Positions 36,001-53,600 of a stretch of DNA of 64,000 nt are shown one piece after another. The DNA is from Macrostomum lignano. Taxonomy: Eukaryota. Position numbers and translations under genes: made by a program. The stretch covers positions 18,129 to 82,128 of the forward strand of contig NIVC01003047.1 of the NCBI GenBank assembly GCA_002269645.1, given 5' to 3'. The notes beneath the pieces were generated by a model. It made no database searches, was not told the origin of the DNA, and saw only the letters and a list, made by a program, of their open reading frames with translations. Each line of letters begins with the position of its first letter. Position 1 is the stretch's first letter.

Positions 36001-36721
36001 TCACCCACTGCTTCACTCACTCACTGCCTCACTCACTGCCTCACTCACTGCCTCACTCACTGCCTCACTCACTGTCTCACTCACTGCCTCACCCACTGCT
36101 TCACTCACTGCCTCACTCCCTGCCTCACCCACTGCTTCACTCACTCACTGCCTCACTCACTGCCTCACTCACTGCCTCACCCACTACCTCACCCACTGCT
36201 TCACTCACTCACTGCCTCACTCACTGCCTCACCCACTGCCTCACCCACTGCCTCACTCGCGCACCCCACAGTCTAAGCGTGGGCATCCTGCGCCCCAACC
36301 GGCAGAGGCGGTCCGCCTCAGCGCTGCTCATGTGGGTATCGCAGCTGCGGAGCTGCATTTACAAGAATAAAATCAATTTTCTATTAGCCTCACTTAATGT
36401 TCTCAACACTTTTCCACAGTGATTTGGTTTTCGGATAATCTTAAAAAAGTTGCGAAAGAAAACTTAAATTTGCACCCCTGATTCTTGTGTTGTGATTGCT
36501 AATGACCTTTGTCTACTATCATTATTAGCTAAACAGCCGTCGCTCTGAAAGGAGCTTTGACTCCTCCTGATTGCGTTCCTGATAAATTAGTTATTAATTC
36601 ACTTTGATTTTCATTTTCGCTCACTCTGTTCGTCACTTCATCAACCTGCAGGTCTGACGTCACCGAGAATTCCTTCATGCTGAAGCCGGGAGGCAGAGCG
36701 GCTGGCCTGGGCGCGCGCTAA
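30008..36721 (+). CDS. TMEM181: TMEM181 (Wntless-like multipass membrane protein). Exons: 30008-30276, 30323/30341-30507, 32236-32445, 33779-33878, 33955-34082, 34739-34888, 34963-35065, 35448-35672, 35776-35842, 36652-36721. A possible upstream exon is 28564-28616
   Basis: SVQMRLYTLSKRSFVLVFLVFFACFGL; CLFMHSLRRFLLRDWSIEQRWMALLLPLLLLYNDP; FYLPKLVIV; DPTYFYRLDTGNF; NSAEFVSFYCLLNFYL..AFVYSPS; QFKDDPGVSMVTDSDED. These all match my recollection of TMEM181, and the splice phases are consistent. Confidence 0.93.
30525..32180. repeat. 11-12-bp satellite (GTAGTTTATGCT / GTAGGTGTGCT) filling a TMEM181 intron
   Basis: Directly visible. Confidence 0.97.
32455..33710. repeat. Pyrimidine-rich satellite of about 20 bp (CTCACCCCACCATCTCTTCT) in a TMEM181 intron
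   Basis: Directly visible; explains the low-complexity tail of ORF 32170..33417. Confidence 0.97.
34140..34585. repeat. Minisatellite of about 32 bp (GCAGGATCATGTTCAAGTATGTACATGTGTTA) in a TMEM181 intron
   Basis: Directly visible. Confidence 0.92.
35085..35420. repeat. Minisatellite of about 35 bp (TATTTTGTATTTTCGATACATATCGGCTCCGAGGC) in a TMEM181 intron
   Basis: Directly visible. Confidence 0.9.
35985..36260. repeat. 12-bp repeat (TCACTGCCTCAC) in a TMEM181 intron
   Basis: Directly visible. Confidence 0.93.
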
Positions 36722-36749
36722 GGCGGGCAATGGATCTCCGGGTCTCTCA

Positions 36750-37310
36750 GTCACTGTCTCTAAGTCCCTCATCCACTGTCCCCAAGTCCCTCATCCACTG
36801 TCCCCAAGTCCCTCACCCACTGTCCCCAAGTTCCTCACCCACTGTCCCCAAGTCCCTCACCCACTGTCCCCAAGTCCCTCACCCACTGTCCCCAAGTTCC
36901 TCACCCACTGTCTCCAAGTCCTTTACCCACTGTCCCCAAGTCCCTCACCCACTGTCTCCAAGTCCCTCACCCACTGTCCCTAAGTCCCTCACCCACTGTC
37001 CCCAAGTCCCTAACCCAGTGTCCCCAAGTCCCTCACCCACTGTCCCCAAGTCCCTCACCCACTGTCCCCAAGTCCCTCACCTATTGTCCCCAAGTCCCTT
37101 ACCCACTGTCCTTAAGTCCCTAACCCAGTGTCTCCAAGTCCCTTACCCACTGTCCTTAAGTCCCTCACCCACTGTCCTTAAGTCCCTCACCCACTGTCCT
37201 TAAGTCCCTCACCCACTGTCCCCAAGTCCCTCACCCACTGTCTCCAAATTCCTCATTCTGTCCCCAAGTCCCCACCCACTGTCCTTAAGTCCCTCACCCT
37301 GTCCCCAATC
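36750..37310. repeat. 22-bp repeat (CACTGTCCCCAAGTCCCTCACC) immediately after the TMEM181 stop codon
   Basis: Directly visible. Confidence 0.93.
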
Positions 37311-37939
37311 AACCTACATAAAAAGTCAATAACAACAGTTTTTAATTTAATTTTCATATTTTATGCATGCACAATATCGTTGTGCCCAAAACTGAGTATT
37401 TAAAAGGAAAAGTAAATTTTTTGAGTCACAGTCATTTGTGTCGTTTTTGACTTCCCAAGTTGCCCTTGTCAGTTTAAGCTTGTTGTCCATTTCCATGCGC
37501 AAATATTTGTATTAATAAGTGCTTCCCATTTTTATCTCGTTGGTCTCGGCTTCTCTGGTCACGTGACCTGGTGATGGAGATATTTTTTCTAATCCGGGCT
37601 CCGAGTTCTGTTGTCTACGCCAGCTCTGCCCAAGCCTTGTGTGATGCCGTTTGTTTGTACAGACTTCCCAAACATTTTTTCATTTTTTTGCCGTGTTCTT
37701 GAGGAGCCGGCTCTTCCCGTGCTCTGACAATATTTTTTTCCGCACGCGGTTTGTTGCTTCCAAACTTTACTTATAAGCAGTTTATTAAAGTGCACCTTTT
37801 GGTTGGTTTTTGACAATTTTTGTTTATTTTTATTCTGTGCAACCCGTTCACTGGGGCTTCCTGCATTCAGAGCTGTGTACGTCTGACCGCTGCTTTTGAG
37901 CTGCCTGCATCCGCCTCTGACTGCTCTTGTGATCTGGCG

Positions 37940-38575
37940 TCTCCCTCTCACTCTCCCCCTCTCCCTCTCACTCTCCCCCTCTCCCTCTCCCTCTCACTCT
38001 CCCCCTCTCCCTCTCACTCTCCCCCTCTCACTCTCACTCTCATCCTCTCCCTCCCCCTCTCACTCTCCCCCCTCCCTCTCACTCTCCCCTCTCCCTCTCA
38101 CTCTCCCCTCTCCCTCTCTCTCTCACTCTCCCCCTCTCCCCTCACTCTCTCTCTCTTCCTCTCCCTCCCCCTCTCACTCTCCCCCCCTCCCTCTCACTCT
38201 CCCCCTCTCCCTCTCACTCTCCCCTCTCCCTCTCCCTCTCACTCTCCCCCTCTCCCTCTCACTCTCCCCCTCTCACTCTCTCTCATCCTCTCCCTCCCCC
38301 TCTCACTCTCCCCCCCTCCCTCTCACTCTCCCCCTCCCTCTCACTCTCCCCCTCTCCCTCTCTCTCTCACTCTCCCCCTCTCCCCTCACTCTCTCTCTCT
38401 CTTCCTCTCCCTCCCCCTCTCACTCTCCCCCCTCCCTCTCACTCTCCCCCTCTCCCTCTCACTCTCCCCCCTCCCTCTCACTCTCCCCCTCCCTCTCCCT
38501 CTCACTCTCCCCTCCCTCTCCCTCTCCCTTTCCATCTTCCTCTCTCCCTCTCCCTCTCTCCCTCAATCTCCTTCT
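37940..38575. repeat. CT-rich simple repeat (CTCTCACTCTCCCC)n
   Basis: Directly visible polypyrimidine tract. Confidence 0.95.
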
Positions 38576-39419
38576 CTAGAGAGCTCACGTATTTATTTCT
38601 CTCCGACTCTCCCTTCCTCAGTTTCTGCTCCCCTTCTCGTTTACTTCCCATTACCAATGACTGTTCGTGTCTCCATTCCTTCATCGCTGCAGCAGCCCAG
38701 ATTAAACGGAATACTGACATGCCGCAGATCCGGCCATAAAATCTTCCAATGACCGTTTTTTCGCACTATCCTTATTCGGTAAAGTTTTGTGATCCCTTCT
38801 GTCCCCCACCCCGCCTCTATGCACTGCTGACGCTGAACTTCTGGCTTGAGCACCTGCTCAAATATAATGAAATTCGGCCCAGGCTGTGGTGTAACAACAG
38901 CAGATCTGTTAAAATGTTCTTTTTTTGAAATGAGCAAAACTAACCCTTTGAATTTGTATTTACAAACGCATTCCTATTGTTTTAACTGTGTTTTAATCAG
39001 AATTTAAGCAAGATCCCAGACTAAGCCGCTGCCGTGATGAGGGCTTCAGGCGCTTCAAGGACCCTGAGCTCGCGCACACGCTCAAATCTGATTAAATATC
39101 GCTCGATTTCTACAAAGTCAAGGAAGCGAAACTTTAAAGTTCACGTCAAGTTAAATTTCTACCACTTTAACTTGTCTTACTTTTAGAGCTATTAGATTTG
39201 AGAACTTGAAAAGGCGTCTCAAAGGAACAAGATGAGCGCGAAAGTGCAACAGCAAGGAAGCAAGTATAGTTGAACATGGCAAACAATTGTCTGAAAGTTC
39301 ACCACATTGACGGTATAAATGTAGCCTCTCTATCCAGCCCTCGGGGTCCTTTGCAACTTTACAATAGCAATCCGATCCGCTCAAGGTTTGTCTCTTCTCA
39401 GCTCTCCTCTCTAATCGCG

Positions 39420-39780
39420 TCTTCTCTTTTCTCTTCTCTCTCCTCTCCTCTCCTCTCCTCTCCTCCCCTCTCCTTTCTCGCACTTATTTTTTCTCCTTTT
39501 TCCTCTCCTCTCCCCTCTCTCCTTTCCTCTCATCTCCTCTCCTTTCCTCTCATCTCCTCTCCTCTCCTTTCCTCTCCTCTCCTCTCCTCTCCTCTTCTTT
39601 CCTCTCCTCTCCTCTCCTTTCCTCTCCTCTCCTCTCCTTTCCTCTCCTCTCCTTTCCTCTCCTTTCCTCTCCTTTCCTCTCCTTTCCTCTCCTCTCCTTT
39701 CCTCTCCTTTCCTCTCCTCTCCTCTCCTCTTCTCTCCTCTCTTTTCTCTCTTTTCTATTTGATTTCCCTCTCCCCTCCTC
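39420..39780. repeat. (CCTCT/CCTTT)n microsatellite
   Basis: Directly visible. Confidence 0.95.
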
Positions 39781-40356
39781 AGGCCCGCAGTCATGCTTTA
39801 GGTTCTCTATCTGGTCCTGGAGGCAAAAAGTTTGCTCACCCCTGATGTAGATAGTCACTCCTGTGGAATAATAACAATATTTTTCTCTTCATTTGCTACA
39901 ATCTTTAGTGTATCTTCTTGGATGGTCTTGGATCGGTTTAAGGGCAAGAAATGCTTTGGTTTCTCCTTGCAAAACTACGTTCTTTAGTTCCTTTATTTGC
40001 CTAGTCACTTAGCGTATCAGTTTTTTATTTGATTAAATATCAAAGACAGTCAAAGAATCGTGGACCATTTGCTAGACTGTTGGACTTTAGCTAGTTGGGC
40101 CAAATTAAATGCTGCTGTTGCCAACCTTGCTACCATAGACAAAAGCTGCATTATTTTAATAAACATATTTTCGATTAAATTCCATTCGTGTAAGCACAAT
40201 TGTTAGGAAATATTTCTAAATAATAGAAACCCCTTTTGAGTACGTAAAATGGACTTCTATTGAACCATTCGATCACAGAAATTCTATTCGATTAAAACAA
40301 TTGATTAGGTACCATCATCGGTCGTTCCAAAACTATAGTCAATTTTTTTTCAAAAG

Positions 40357-43300
40357 ACATTCGACTGCCAGAATTTGCTGTGCGTCATGAACGATGACCA
40401 GCCAATGCGGGAGCCCCGAAGTATGCTGCGCGTCTGCTTGTGGGAGGAAGAGCTGCGGGAGCTCGGGGTCAGTGAGCAGTGCTCCAAACTGCTCGACTTC
40501 ACCTGCAGGAGCCTCGTTGTGACGCCGTTCCACTTCTCTGAGTCCACCGTCAAGGTAGGGATGAGGTAGGGATGGAGTAGGGATGGGGTAGGGATGGAGT
40601 ATAGGGATGTGGTATAGGGATGGGGTATAGGGATGGGGTATAGGGATGGGGTAGGGACGGGGTAGGGATGGGGTATAGGGATGTGGTATAGGGATGGGGT
40701 ATAGGGATGGGGTATAGGGATGGGGTATAGGGATGGGGTATAGGGATGGGGTAGGGATGGGGTAGGGATGGGTTAGGGATTGAGTAGGGATGGGTTGGGG
40801 TAGGGATGGGTTGGGGTAGGGATGGGCCCTGCGGGTTGCGGGTTCCACCATGGGGTTGACTGCTTGCCTTTGTATGCTTTTAGAAGCCACGAGGCTTCGA
40901 AGGCAGCAGTGAGCGATTCCGTGAGCACGGTCGCTAGGTAGTGATGGAGACTGGTATGCTAGTGCTCCAGTGGGTGTGGTAGCTAAGTGACACTGGTAGC
41001 TAAGTGCTTCCCCTGAGCGTCCAGCTTTCCTGGATAAGGATGGTCCCCCTTAGGGTGTTCAGGACAATGTGCTGCAGGTTAGCCTTGCAAGACAGTCATG
41101 TTTGCTGTCTAGGGATCAGCTTCAGCTTCAGCTTCATTGAGCTGAATGAAGAGCAGCTCATTCTCAGCGTCATCGGTGAGGGTTGAGCTGTCTTCGTCCA
41201 TTGGCTCAGGCTCAGCCGCTTTCCCAGCCGCAGAGGCGGACGCTGCGTCTGTGGCAGGTGGTGCACCTGACCGCTCTGCGCCGCCTTCCTCCTCGGCGAC
41301 TGGTGTACGGCTGCTGGCCTCGCCTTGCGCCTCGCCGTCGGGAATCTGGACTCTGTCGGCAGCAGTCTCCTTGGTAGCAGCCCCACCTGTTGAACGATCG
41401 AGCTATATCTTCTTCCAGTTCCTTTGGCTGGTGGCATGCCAGCAGGAATACACCCTCATTGAGTTTCCGAGGATACGGTGGTTCCTGACGGCCCAGCCGC
41501 GTCACCAGACTTATCCCATCGCCTCATCATCTCATTTCCTCATCATCTCATTTCCTCATCATCTCATCGCCTCATCATCTCATCGCCTCATCATCTCATC
41601 GCCTCATCATCTCATCGCCTCATCATCTCATTTCCTCATCATCTCATTTCCTCATCATCTCATTTCCTCATCATCTCATCGCCTCATCATCTCATCGCCT
41701 CATCATCTCATCGCCTCATCATCTCATCGCCTCATCATCTCATCGCCTCATCATCTCATCGCCTCATCATCTCATCGCCTCATCATCTCATCGCCTCATC
41801 ATCTCATTTCCTCATCATCTCATTTCCTCATCATCTCATCGCCTCATCATCTCATCGCCTCATCATCTCATCGCCTCATCATCTCATTTCCTCATCATCT
41901 CATTTCCTCATCATCTCATTTCCTCATCATCTCATTTCCTCATCATCTCATTTCCTCATCATCTCATCGCCTCATCATCTCATTTCCTCATCATCTCATT
42001 TCCTCATCATCTCATTTCCTCATCATCTCATTTCCTCATCATCTCATTTCCTCATCATCTCATTTCCTCATCATCTCATTTCCTCATCATCTCATTTCCT
42101 CATCATCTCATTTCCTCATCATCTCATTTCCTCATCATCTCATTTCCTCATCATCTCATTTCCTCATCATCTCATTTCCTCATCATCTCATTTCCTCATC
42201 ATCTCATTTCCTCATCATCTCATTACCTCATTATCTCATCGCCTCGCTGCATTTCCAACTGCCATTTTTTAATCTTCCCAGACACCGGCGGCTCTGGTGC
42301 TTCTGATGCTGGCTCTGTCCGTGACCTTCTATCGCAGATTTGTCGGTGACCCCAATGTTGAAAACGACCATCCAGATGGAGCTAGTGAGAGACTCAGAGT
42401 TGCTCAAAGTTTTGCTTAAAATTAGTTTTTTTTATCTGGTTCTTCCTGTACGCTCGTATAGTCTATGAATCGCATACAGAAAACAGCAAACCTGTAGCCT
42501 GTAGATACAGAAAACAGCAAACCTGTAGCCTGTAGATACAGAAAACAGCAAACCTGTAGTCTGTAAATACAGAAAACAGCAAACCTGTAGCCTGTAGATA
42601 CAGAAAACAGCAAACCTGTAGCCTGTAGATACAGAAAACAGCAAACCTGTAGCCTGTAGATACAGAAAACAGCAAACCTGTAGCCTGTAGATACAGAAAA
42701 CAGCAAACCTGTAGCCTGTAGATACAGAAAACAGCAAACCTGTAGCCTGTAAATACAGTAAACAGCAAACCTGTAGCCTGTAAATACAGAAAACAGCAAA
42801 TCTGTAGCCTGTAGATACAGAAAACAGCAAACCTGTAGCCTGTAAATACAGAAAACAGCAAACCTGTAGCCTGTAAATACAGTAAACAGCAAACCTGTAG
42901 CCTGTAAATACAGAAAACAGCAAACCTGTAGCCTGTAGATACAGAAAACAGCAAACCTGTAGCCTGTAGATACAGAAAACAGCAAACCTGTAGCCTGTAA
43001 ATACAGTAAACAGCAAACCTGTAGCCTGTAAATACAGAAAACAGCAAATCTGTAGCCTGTAGATACAGAAAACAGCAAACCTGTAGCCTGTAAATACAGA
43101 AAACAGCAAACCTGTAGCCTGTAGATACAGTAAACAGCAAACCTGTAGCCTGTAGATACAGTAAACAGCAAACCTGTAGCCTGTAGATACAGAAAACAGC
43201 AAACCTGTAGCCTGTAGATACAGTAAACAGCAAACCTGTAGCCTGTAAATACAGAAAACAGCAAGCCTGTAGCCTGTAAATACAGAAAACAGCAAACCTG

Positions 43301-45540
43301 TAGCCTGTAGATACAGTAAACAGCAAACCTGTAGCCTGTAGATACAGTAAACAGCAAACCTGTAGCCTGTAGATACAGTAAACAGCAAACCTGTAGCCTG
43401 TAGATACAGAAAACAGCAAACCTGTAGCCTGTAGATACAGTAAACAGCAAACCTGTAGCCTGTAAATACAGAAAACAGCAAGCCTGTAGCCTGTAGATAC
43501 AGAAAACAGCAAACCTGTAGCCTGTAAATACAGAAAACAGCAAACCTGTAGCCTGTAAATACAGAAAACAGCAAACCTGTAGCCTGTAGATACAGAAAAC
43601 AGCAAATCTGTAGCCTGTAAATACAGAAAACAGCAAACCTGTAGCCTGTAGATACAGAAAACAGCAAATCTGTAGCCTGTAGATACAAAAATCAGCAAAC
43701 CTGTAGCCTGTAGATACAGAAAACAGCAAATCCGTAGCCTGTAGATACAGAAAACAGCAAACCTGTAGCCTGTAAATACAGAAAACAGCAAACCTGTAGC
43801 CTGTAAATACAGAAAACAGCAAACCTGTAGCCTGTAAATACAGAAAACAGCAAACCTGTAGCCTGTAGATACAGAAAACAGCAAACCTGTAGCCTGTAAA
43901 TACAGAAAACAGCAAACCTGTAGCCTGTAAATACAGAAAACAGCAAACCTGTAGCCTGTAGATACAGAAAACAGCAAATCTGTAGCCTGTAGATACAGTA
44001 AACAGCAAACCTGTAGCCTGTAGATACAGAAAACAGCAAACCTGTAGCCTGTAAATACAGAAAACAGCAAACCTGTAGCCTGTAAATACAGAAAACAGCA
44101 AACCTGTAGCCTGTAGATACAGAAAACAGCAAATCTGTAGCCTGTAAATACAGAAAACAGCAAACCTGTAGCCTGTAGATACAGAAAACAGCAAATCTGT
44201 AGCCTGTAGATACAAAAATCAGCAAACCTGTAGCCTGTAGATACAGAAAACAGCAAATCCGTAGCCTGTAGATACAGAAAACAGCAAACCTGTAGCCTGT
44301 AAATACAGAAAACAGCAAACCTGTAGCCTGTAAATACAGAAAACAGCAAACCTGTAGCCTGTAGATACAGAAAACAGCAAATCTGTAGCCTGTAGATACA
44401 GAAAACAGCAAAACCTGTAGCCTGTAGATACAGAAAACAGCAAATCCGTAGCCTGTAGATACAGAAAACAGCGAAACCTGTAGCCTGTAGATACAGAAAA
44501 CAGCAAAACCTGTAGCCTGTAGATACAGAAAACAGCAAATCCGTAGCCTGTAGATACAGAAAACAGCAAAACCTGTAGCCTTTAGAAAACAGCAAAACCT
44601 GTAGCCTTTAGAAAACAGCAAAACCTTGTTGCTAGGGAAGTTCTTGGTGCTGCACAAGGCCAGCCGGGAGTGCCTGGACAAGCAGGCAGTGGAGACGGTC
44701 TGCCGCACCCTGGAGGAGATGGTCAGCGACTCCATGAAGGGCCTGTCCAGCAGGGAGATCTGGGCCTACGAGGTTGTGCATCTGCAGAAGCTGCGCGAAC
44801 TCGGATACAAGTGAGCCAATCTCCATCTGGATTATGAAGCTGCCTAATGCTGACTCTTGCATACCGTCCTCACCCTCCGTCACCCTCTCACCCTCCGTCA
44901 CCCTCTCACCCTCCGTCACCCTCTCACCCTCCGTCACCCTCTCACCCTCCGTCACCCTCTCACCCTCCGTCACCCTCTCACCCTCCGTCACCCTCTCACC
45001 CTTCGTCACCCTCTCACCCTCCGTCACCCTCCGTCACCCTCTCACCCTCCGTCACCCTCTCACCCTTCGTCACCCTCTCACCCTCCGTCACCCTCCGTCA
45101 CCCTCTCACCCTCCGTCACCCTCTCACCCTCCGTCACCCTCCGTCACCCTCTCACCCTCCGTCACCCTCTCACCCTCCGTCACCCTCTCACCCTCCGTCA
45201 CCCTCTCACCCTCCGTCACCCTCTCACCCTCTCACCCTCCGTCACCCTCTCATTCTCTGTCACCCTCCGTTACCTCCGTCGCCCCCGCAGGCTGCTGGAG
45301 TTCCTGGACGATTTGAAACGCGACACGCGCGACTCGCACAACCTGGCGCCCACGCAGGTGCTGACGGACGTCGCCATGACGCTGGTGCTGGAACGCGAGG
45401 TCCGCTGCCTCACCAACCGTGACAAGGAAGTGCCGGTGCACGCCTTCTCGGCATTCAGCCAGAGCGTCGCCGACCAGGTTGACAACAAAGCTATCGAGGG
45501 CATGCACGACCTGCTTGAGCACACCAGGATGGCCGCCTGA
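40357..45540 (+). CDS. Unidentified multi-exon, probably single-pass membrane protein (5' end not resolved). Exons: 40357-40554, 40884-40908/40920, 41113-41175, 41210-41373, 42282-42345, 44636-44810, 45291-45540
   Basis: GC-rich, codon-like exons bounded by GT-AG that join in phase: TFDCQNLLC...SESTVK / ISFSFSFIELNEEQLILSVI / ...TPAALVLLMLALSVTFYRRFV / GKFLVLHKASRECLDK...LRELGYK / LLEFLDDLKRDTRDSHN...EHTRMAA*. The first and last two exons are well supported; the middle ones are tentative. Confidence 0.55.
40555..40825. repeat. 13-bp G-rich repeat (GGGGTATAGGGAT) starting at a splice donor
   Basis: Directly visible. Confidence 0.93.
41512..42245. repeat. 16-bp satellite (CATCATCTCATTTCCT / CATCATCTCATCGCCT)
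   Basis: Directly visible. Confidence 0.97.
42475..44625. repeat. 31-bp minisatellite (TACAGAAAACAGCAAACCTGTAGCCTGTAGA), about 2.1 kb
   Basis: Directly visible; the 31-aa periodicity of the long minus-strand ORFs equals 3 units. Confidence 0.98.
44865..45280. repeat. 18-bp repeat (TCACCCTCCGTCACCCTC) running into the acceptor at 45290
   Basis: Directly visible. Confidence 0.95.
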
Positions 45541-45619
45541 GCAGCCCAAGCCGCCAAAACATGAGTCAAACATTGACTGACAGTCTGATGGAGAGAATGA
45601 GGCTGGAGTGCTCATCGAA

Positions 45620-46165
45620 TTAGACCCTCTACAGATGCTTACAGACCCTCTACAGATGCTTACAGACCCTCTACAGATGCTTACAGACCCTCTACAGATG
45701 CTTACAGACCCTCTACAGATGCTTACAGACCCTCTACAGATGCTTACAGACCCTCTACAGATGCTTACAGACCCTCTACAGATGCTTACAGACCCTCTAC
45801 AGATGCTTACAGACCCTCTACAGATGCTTACAGACCCTCTACAGATGCTTACAGACCCTCTACAGATGCTTACAGACCCTCTACAGATGCTTACAGACCC
45901 TCTACAGATGCTTACAGACCCTCTACAGATGCTTACAGACCCTCTACAGATGCTTACAGACCCTCTACAGATGCTTACAGACCCTCTACAGATGCTTACA
46001 GACCCTCTACAGATGCTTACAGACCCTCTACAGATGCTTACAGACCCTCTACAGATGCTTACAGACCCTCTACAGATGCTTACAGACCCTCTACAGATGC
46101 TTACAGACCCTCTACAGATGTTCTACAGACCTCTACAGATACTTTTTACAGATATTTTATAGGTG
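45620..46165. repeat. Near-perfect 21-bp repeat (AGACCCTCTACAGATGCTTAC) between two convergent 3' ends
   Basis: Directly visible; produces the artefactual (DPLQMLT)n ORF. Confidence 0.97.
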
Positions 46166-46436
46166 CTCTACAGAAAATCTACAGATAGTCTACAGGACTT
46201 CTAACTTCCGATGGCCGCAAATCCTCAATAAATTATCAGTCACCCTGAGCGTGGCTATTTTGAATATCCTCCCAAATTTCCAGATGTAGTGTTTCAATAA
46301 TAAAATCACAAAGTTTGATTAAACATTTGCAAAACAACATTCTAACTGGCTTGTTATAATAGTTCTAAATCATTTTCAATCTGCCTACTCGAAAGTAGTA
46401 AAAATTTATGTTAGTTGGCGACAAATTCTGCCGCAG

Positions 46437-50477
<4,041 letters not shown>

Positions 50478-50752
50478 CCTGTGAGCAGTGCTTGGGGATT
50501 GAGACTCGGCAGCAACGCAGAGTTGATGAGCTTCGGTAAGTTTCCCGCGCTTGGCTGGCCGGTCGGAGCAGATAAACTAACTGACTGTTGAAGTCAGAGA
50601 TAAAGCTGCCACTCTGCCGTTCTTAGTAGCATTGGTTGACCTTCGCACCTGCTGAGCTGCTGATAACAGCGCTGTACAGTCAGCAACAGAGAGTGGATGA
50701 GTGAACGCGCCTTTCATGTGTTCTTCAAGGTGTGCTTTGCCTTGGTCTGAGG

Positions 50753-51532
<780 letters not shown>

Positions 51533-51874
51533 GGGTGCAATCTTTGTCTTTGCATGCTTGACACCCCAGCAGGACTTTGGCACAAAGTTTTCAAGAGAAA
51601 CGATGGTATGAAATCCATGGTATTCTCTAAATCTCAGTTTCAGACGAAAATGAAACTCTCTGAGTTGGACCGTTTATATATATAGTGGTCTAAATTTAGC
51701 AACAGTTGTTTCGAAGCTCGCTTTACATCTAGGCACAATTTTACCTGAAGTTTTTTCTACAGTAGAAGACGCAAACAAATAAATGCTTGCTTATAAACTT
51801 CAGGTGATTTATAAAATCGACAAGCATATAATTTTGTATTAAGTTCCTTTTCTTCATAATAATGTCGACGGGTA

Positions 51875-52210
51875 AATATCGGCAGGTAAATGTCGGCAGG
51901 TAAATTTCGGCAGGTAAATTTCGGCGTGTCGGCGGGTAAATGTCGGTGGGTAAATGTCAGTGGGTAAATGTCGGTGGGTAAATGTCGGTGGGTAAATGTC
52001 GGTGGTAAATGTCGGTGGGTAAATGTCGGTGAGTAAATGTCGGTGGGTAAATGTCGGTGAGTAAATGTCGGTGGGTAAATGTCGGTGGGTAAATGTCGGT
52101 GGGTAAATGTCGGTGGGTAAATGTCGGTGAGTAAATGTCGGTGGGTAAATGTCGGTGGGTAAATGTCGGTGGGTAAATGTCGGTGGGTAAATGTCGGTGG
52201 GTGAATGTCG
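51875..52210. repeat. 14-bp repeat (GTAAATGTCGGTGG)
   Basis: Directly visible. Confidence 0.95.
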
Positions 52211-52679
52211 ATGGGAAAACTGTTCCAGAAACATATAAGCATGAGTTTGGATTCCATCGGGTCGAGAGACTAAAAAGCTCACATTCTCATTATTTACTGA
52301 ATTTTCTTAGCACTCGTTCTGCTCTCTTTCTCAGTCTCAAGTTCCACTAGGGCGAAATTCGCCGCCTCAACGCTGGCTAAATTTGGCAACAACAGAAAAT
52401 TTTTCTTTCGCTTTGAGACCCCGTGCAGAGTGAGTGCAGTTTGACTAAAGCAACTACCCGATGAGTCACACAGCTGCCCAGTCTGCTGCATCCTGAGTGC
52501 TGCGAGGCTTAAGCAAAAATTTATTTAAATTGCGGATGTATAAATATATCTTTGCACATAAAGATGCTGCTTAAGTGCCACTAAGCTGACGAAAACAGGT
52601 GAGGGGAACCTCAGCTTTGGGGAACTTCAGCCTGGCCTGGTTGTACTGCTTTCCAATTCCTTCATTTGAATTTGGGATT

Positions 52680-53600
52680 GTGAAGCTTGGGGATTGTAAA
52701 GCTGGGGATTGTGAAGATTGTGGATTGTGAAGATTGGGGATTGGGGATTGGTGAAGATTGGGGATTGTGAATAGAGGATTGTGAAGATTGAGGATTGTGA
52801 AGCTGGGGATTGTGAAGATTGGGGATTGTGAAGATTGGGGATTGTGAAGATTGGGGATTGTGAAGATTGGGGATTGTGAAGATTGGGGATCGTGAAGATT
52901 GAGGATTGTGAAGATTGGGGATTGTAAAGCTAGGGATTGTGAAGCTGGGGATTGTGAAGATTGGGGATTGTGAAGATTGGGGATTGTGAAGATTGGGGAT
53001 TGTGAAGCTGGGGATTGTGAAGATTGGGATTGTGAAGATTTAGGATTGTGAAGATTGGGGATTGTGAAGTTTGGGGATTGTTAAGGTTGGGGATTGTGAA
53101 GATTGGGATTGTGAAGATTTAGGATTGTGAAGGTTGGGGATTGTGAAGTTTGGGGATTGTGAAGGTTGGGGATTGTGAAGGTTGGGGATTGTGAAGTTTG
53201 GGGATTGTTAAGGTTGGGGATTGTGAAGATTGGGATTGTGAAGATTTAGGATTGTGAAGGTTGGGGATTGTGAAGTTTGGGGATTGTGAAGGTTGGGGAT
53301 TGTGAAGTTTGGGGATTGTTAAGGTTGGGGATTGTGAAGTTTGGGGATTGTTAAGGTTGGCGATTGTGAAGTTTGGGGATTGTGAAGGTTGATGATTGTG
53401 AAGGTTGGGGATTGTGAAGTTTGGGGATTGTGAAGGTTGGGGACTGTGAAGTTTGGGGATTGTGAAGGTTGGCGATTGTGAAGGTTGGGAATTGTTAAGG
53501 TTGGGGATTGTTGAGGTTGGGGATTGTGAAGGTTGGGGATTGTGAAGGTTGGGGATTGTTAAGGTTGGGGATTGTGAAGATTGGGATTGTGAAGACTAGA
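52680..53600. repeat. 16-bp G-rich satellite (GGGGATTGTGAAGATT and variants) upstream of actin
   Basis: Directly visible. Confidence 0.96.

Noticed and set aside
36272-36332. Possible extra TMEM181 exon (LSVGILRPNRQRRSASALLM)
   Set aside because: It is phase-compatible but not needed for the model, and it has no counterpart in TMEM181 as I recall it. RNA-seq would be needed.
42422-44735. Very long minus-strand ORFs (347-710 aa)
   Set aside because: They are translations of a stop-free 31-bp minisatellite in several frames. The array lies inside an intron of a plus-strand gene.
45608-46162. (DPLQMLT)n 184-aa ORF and other repeat ORFs (SVCL, DRQT, HHLI, LSP types)
   Set aside because: All are frame artefacts of simple tandem repeats.
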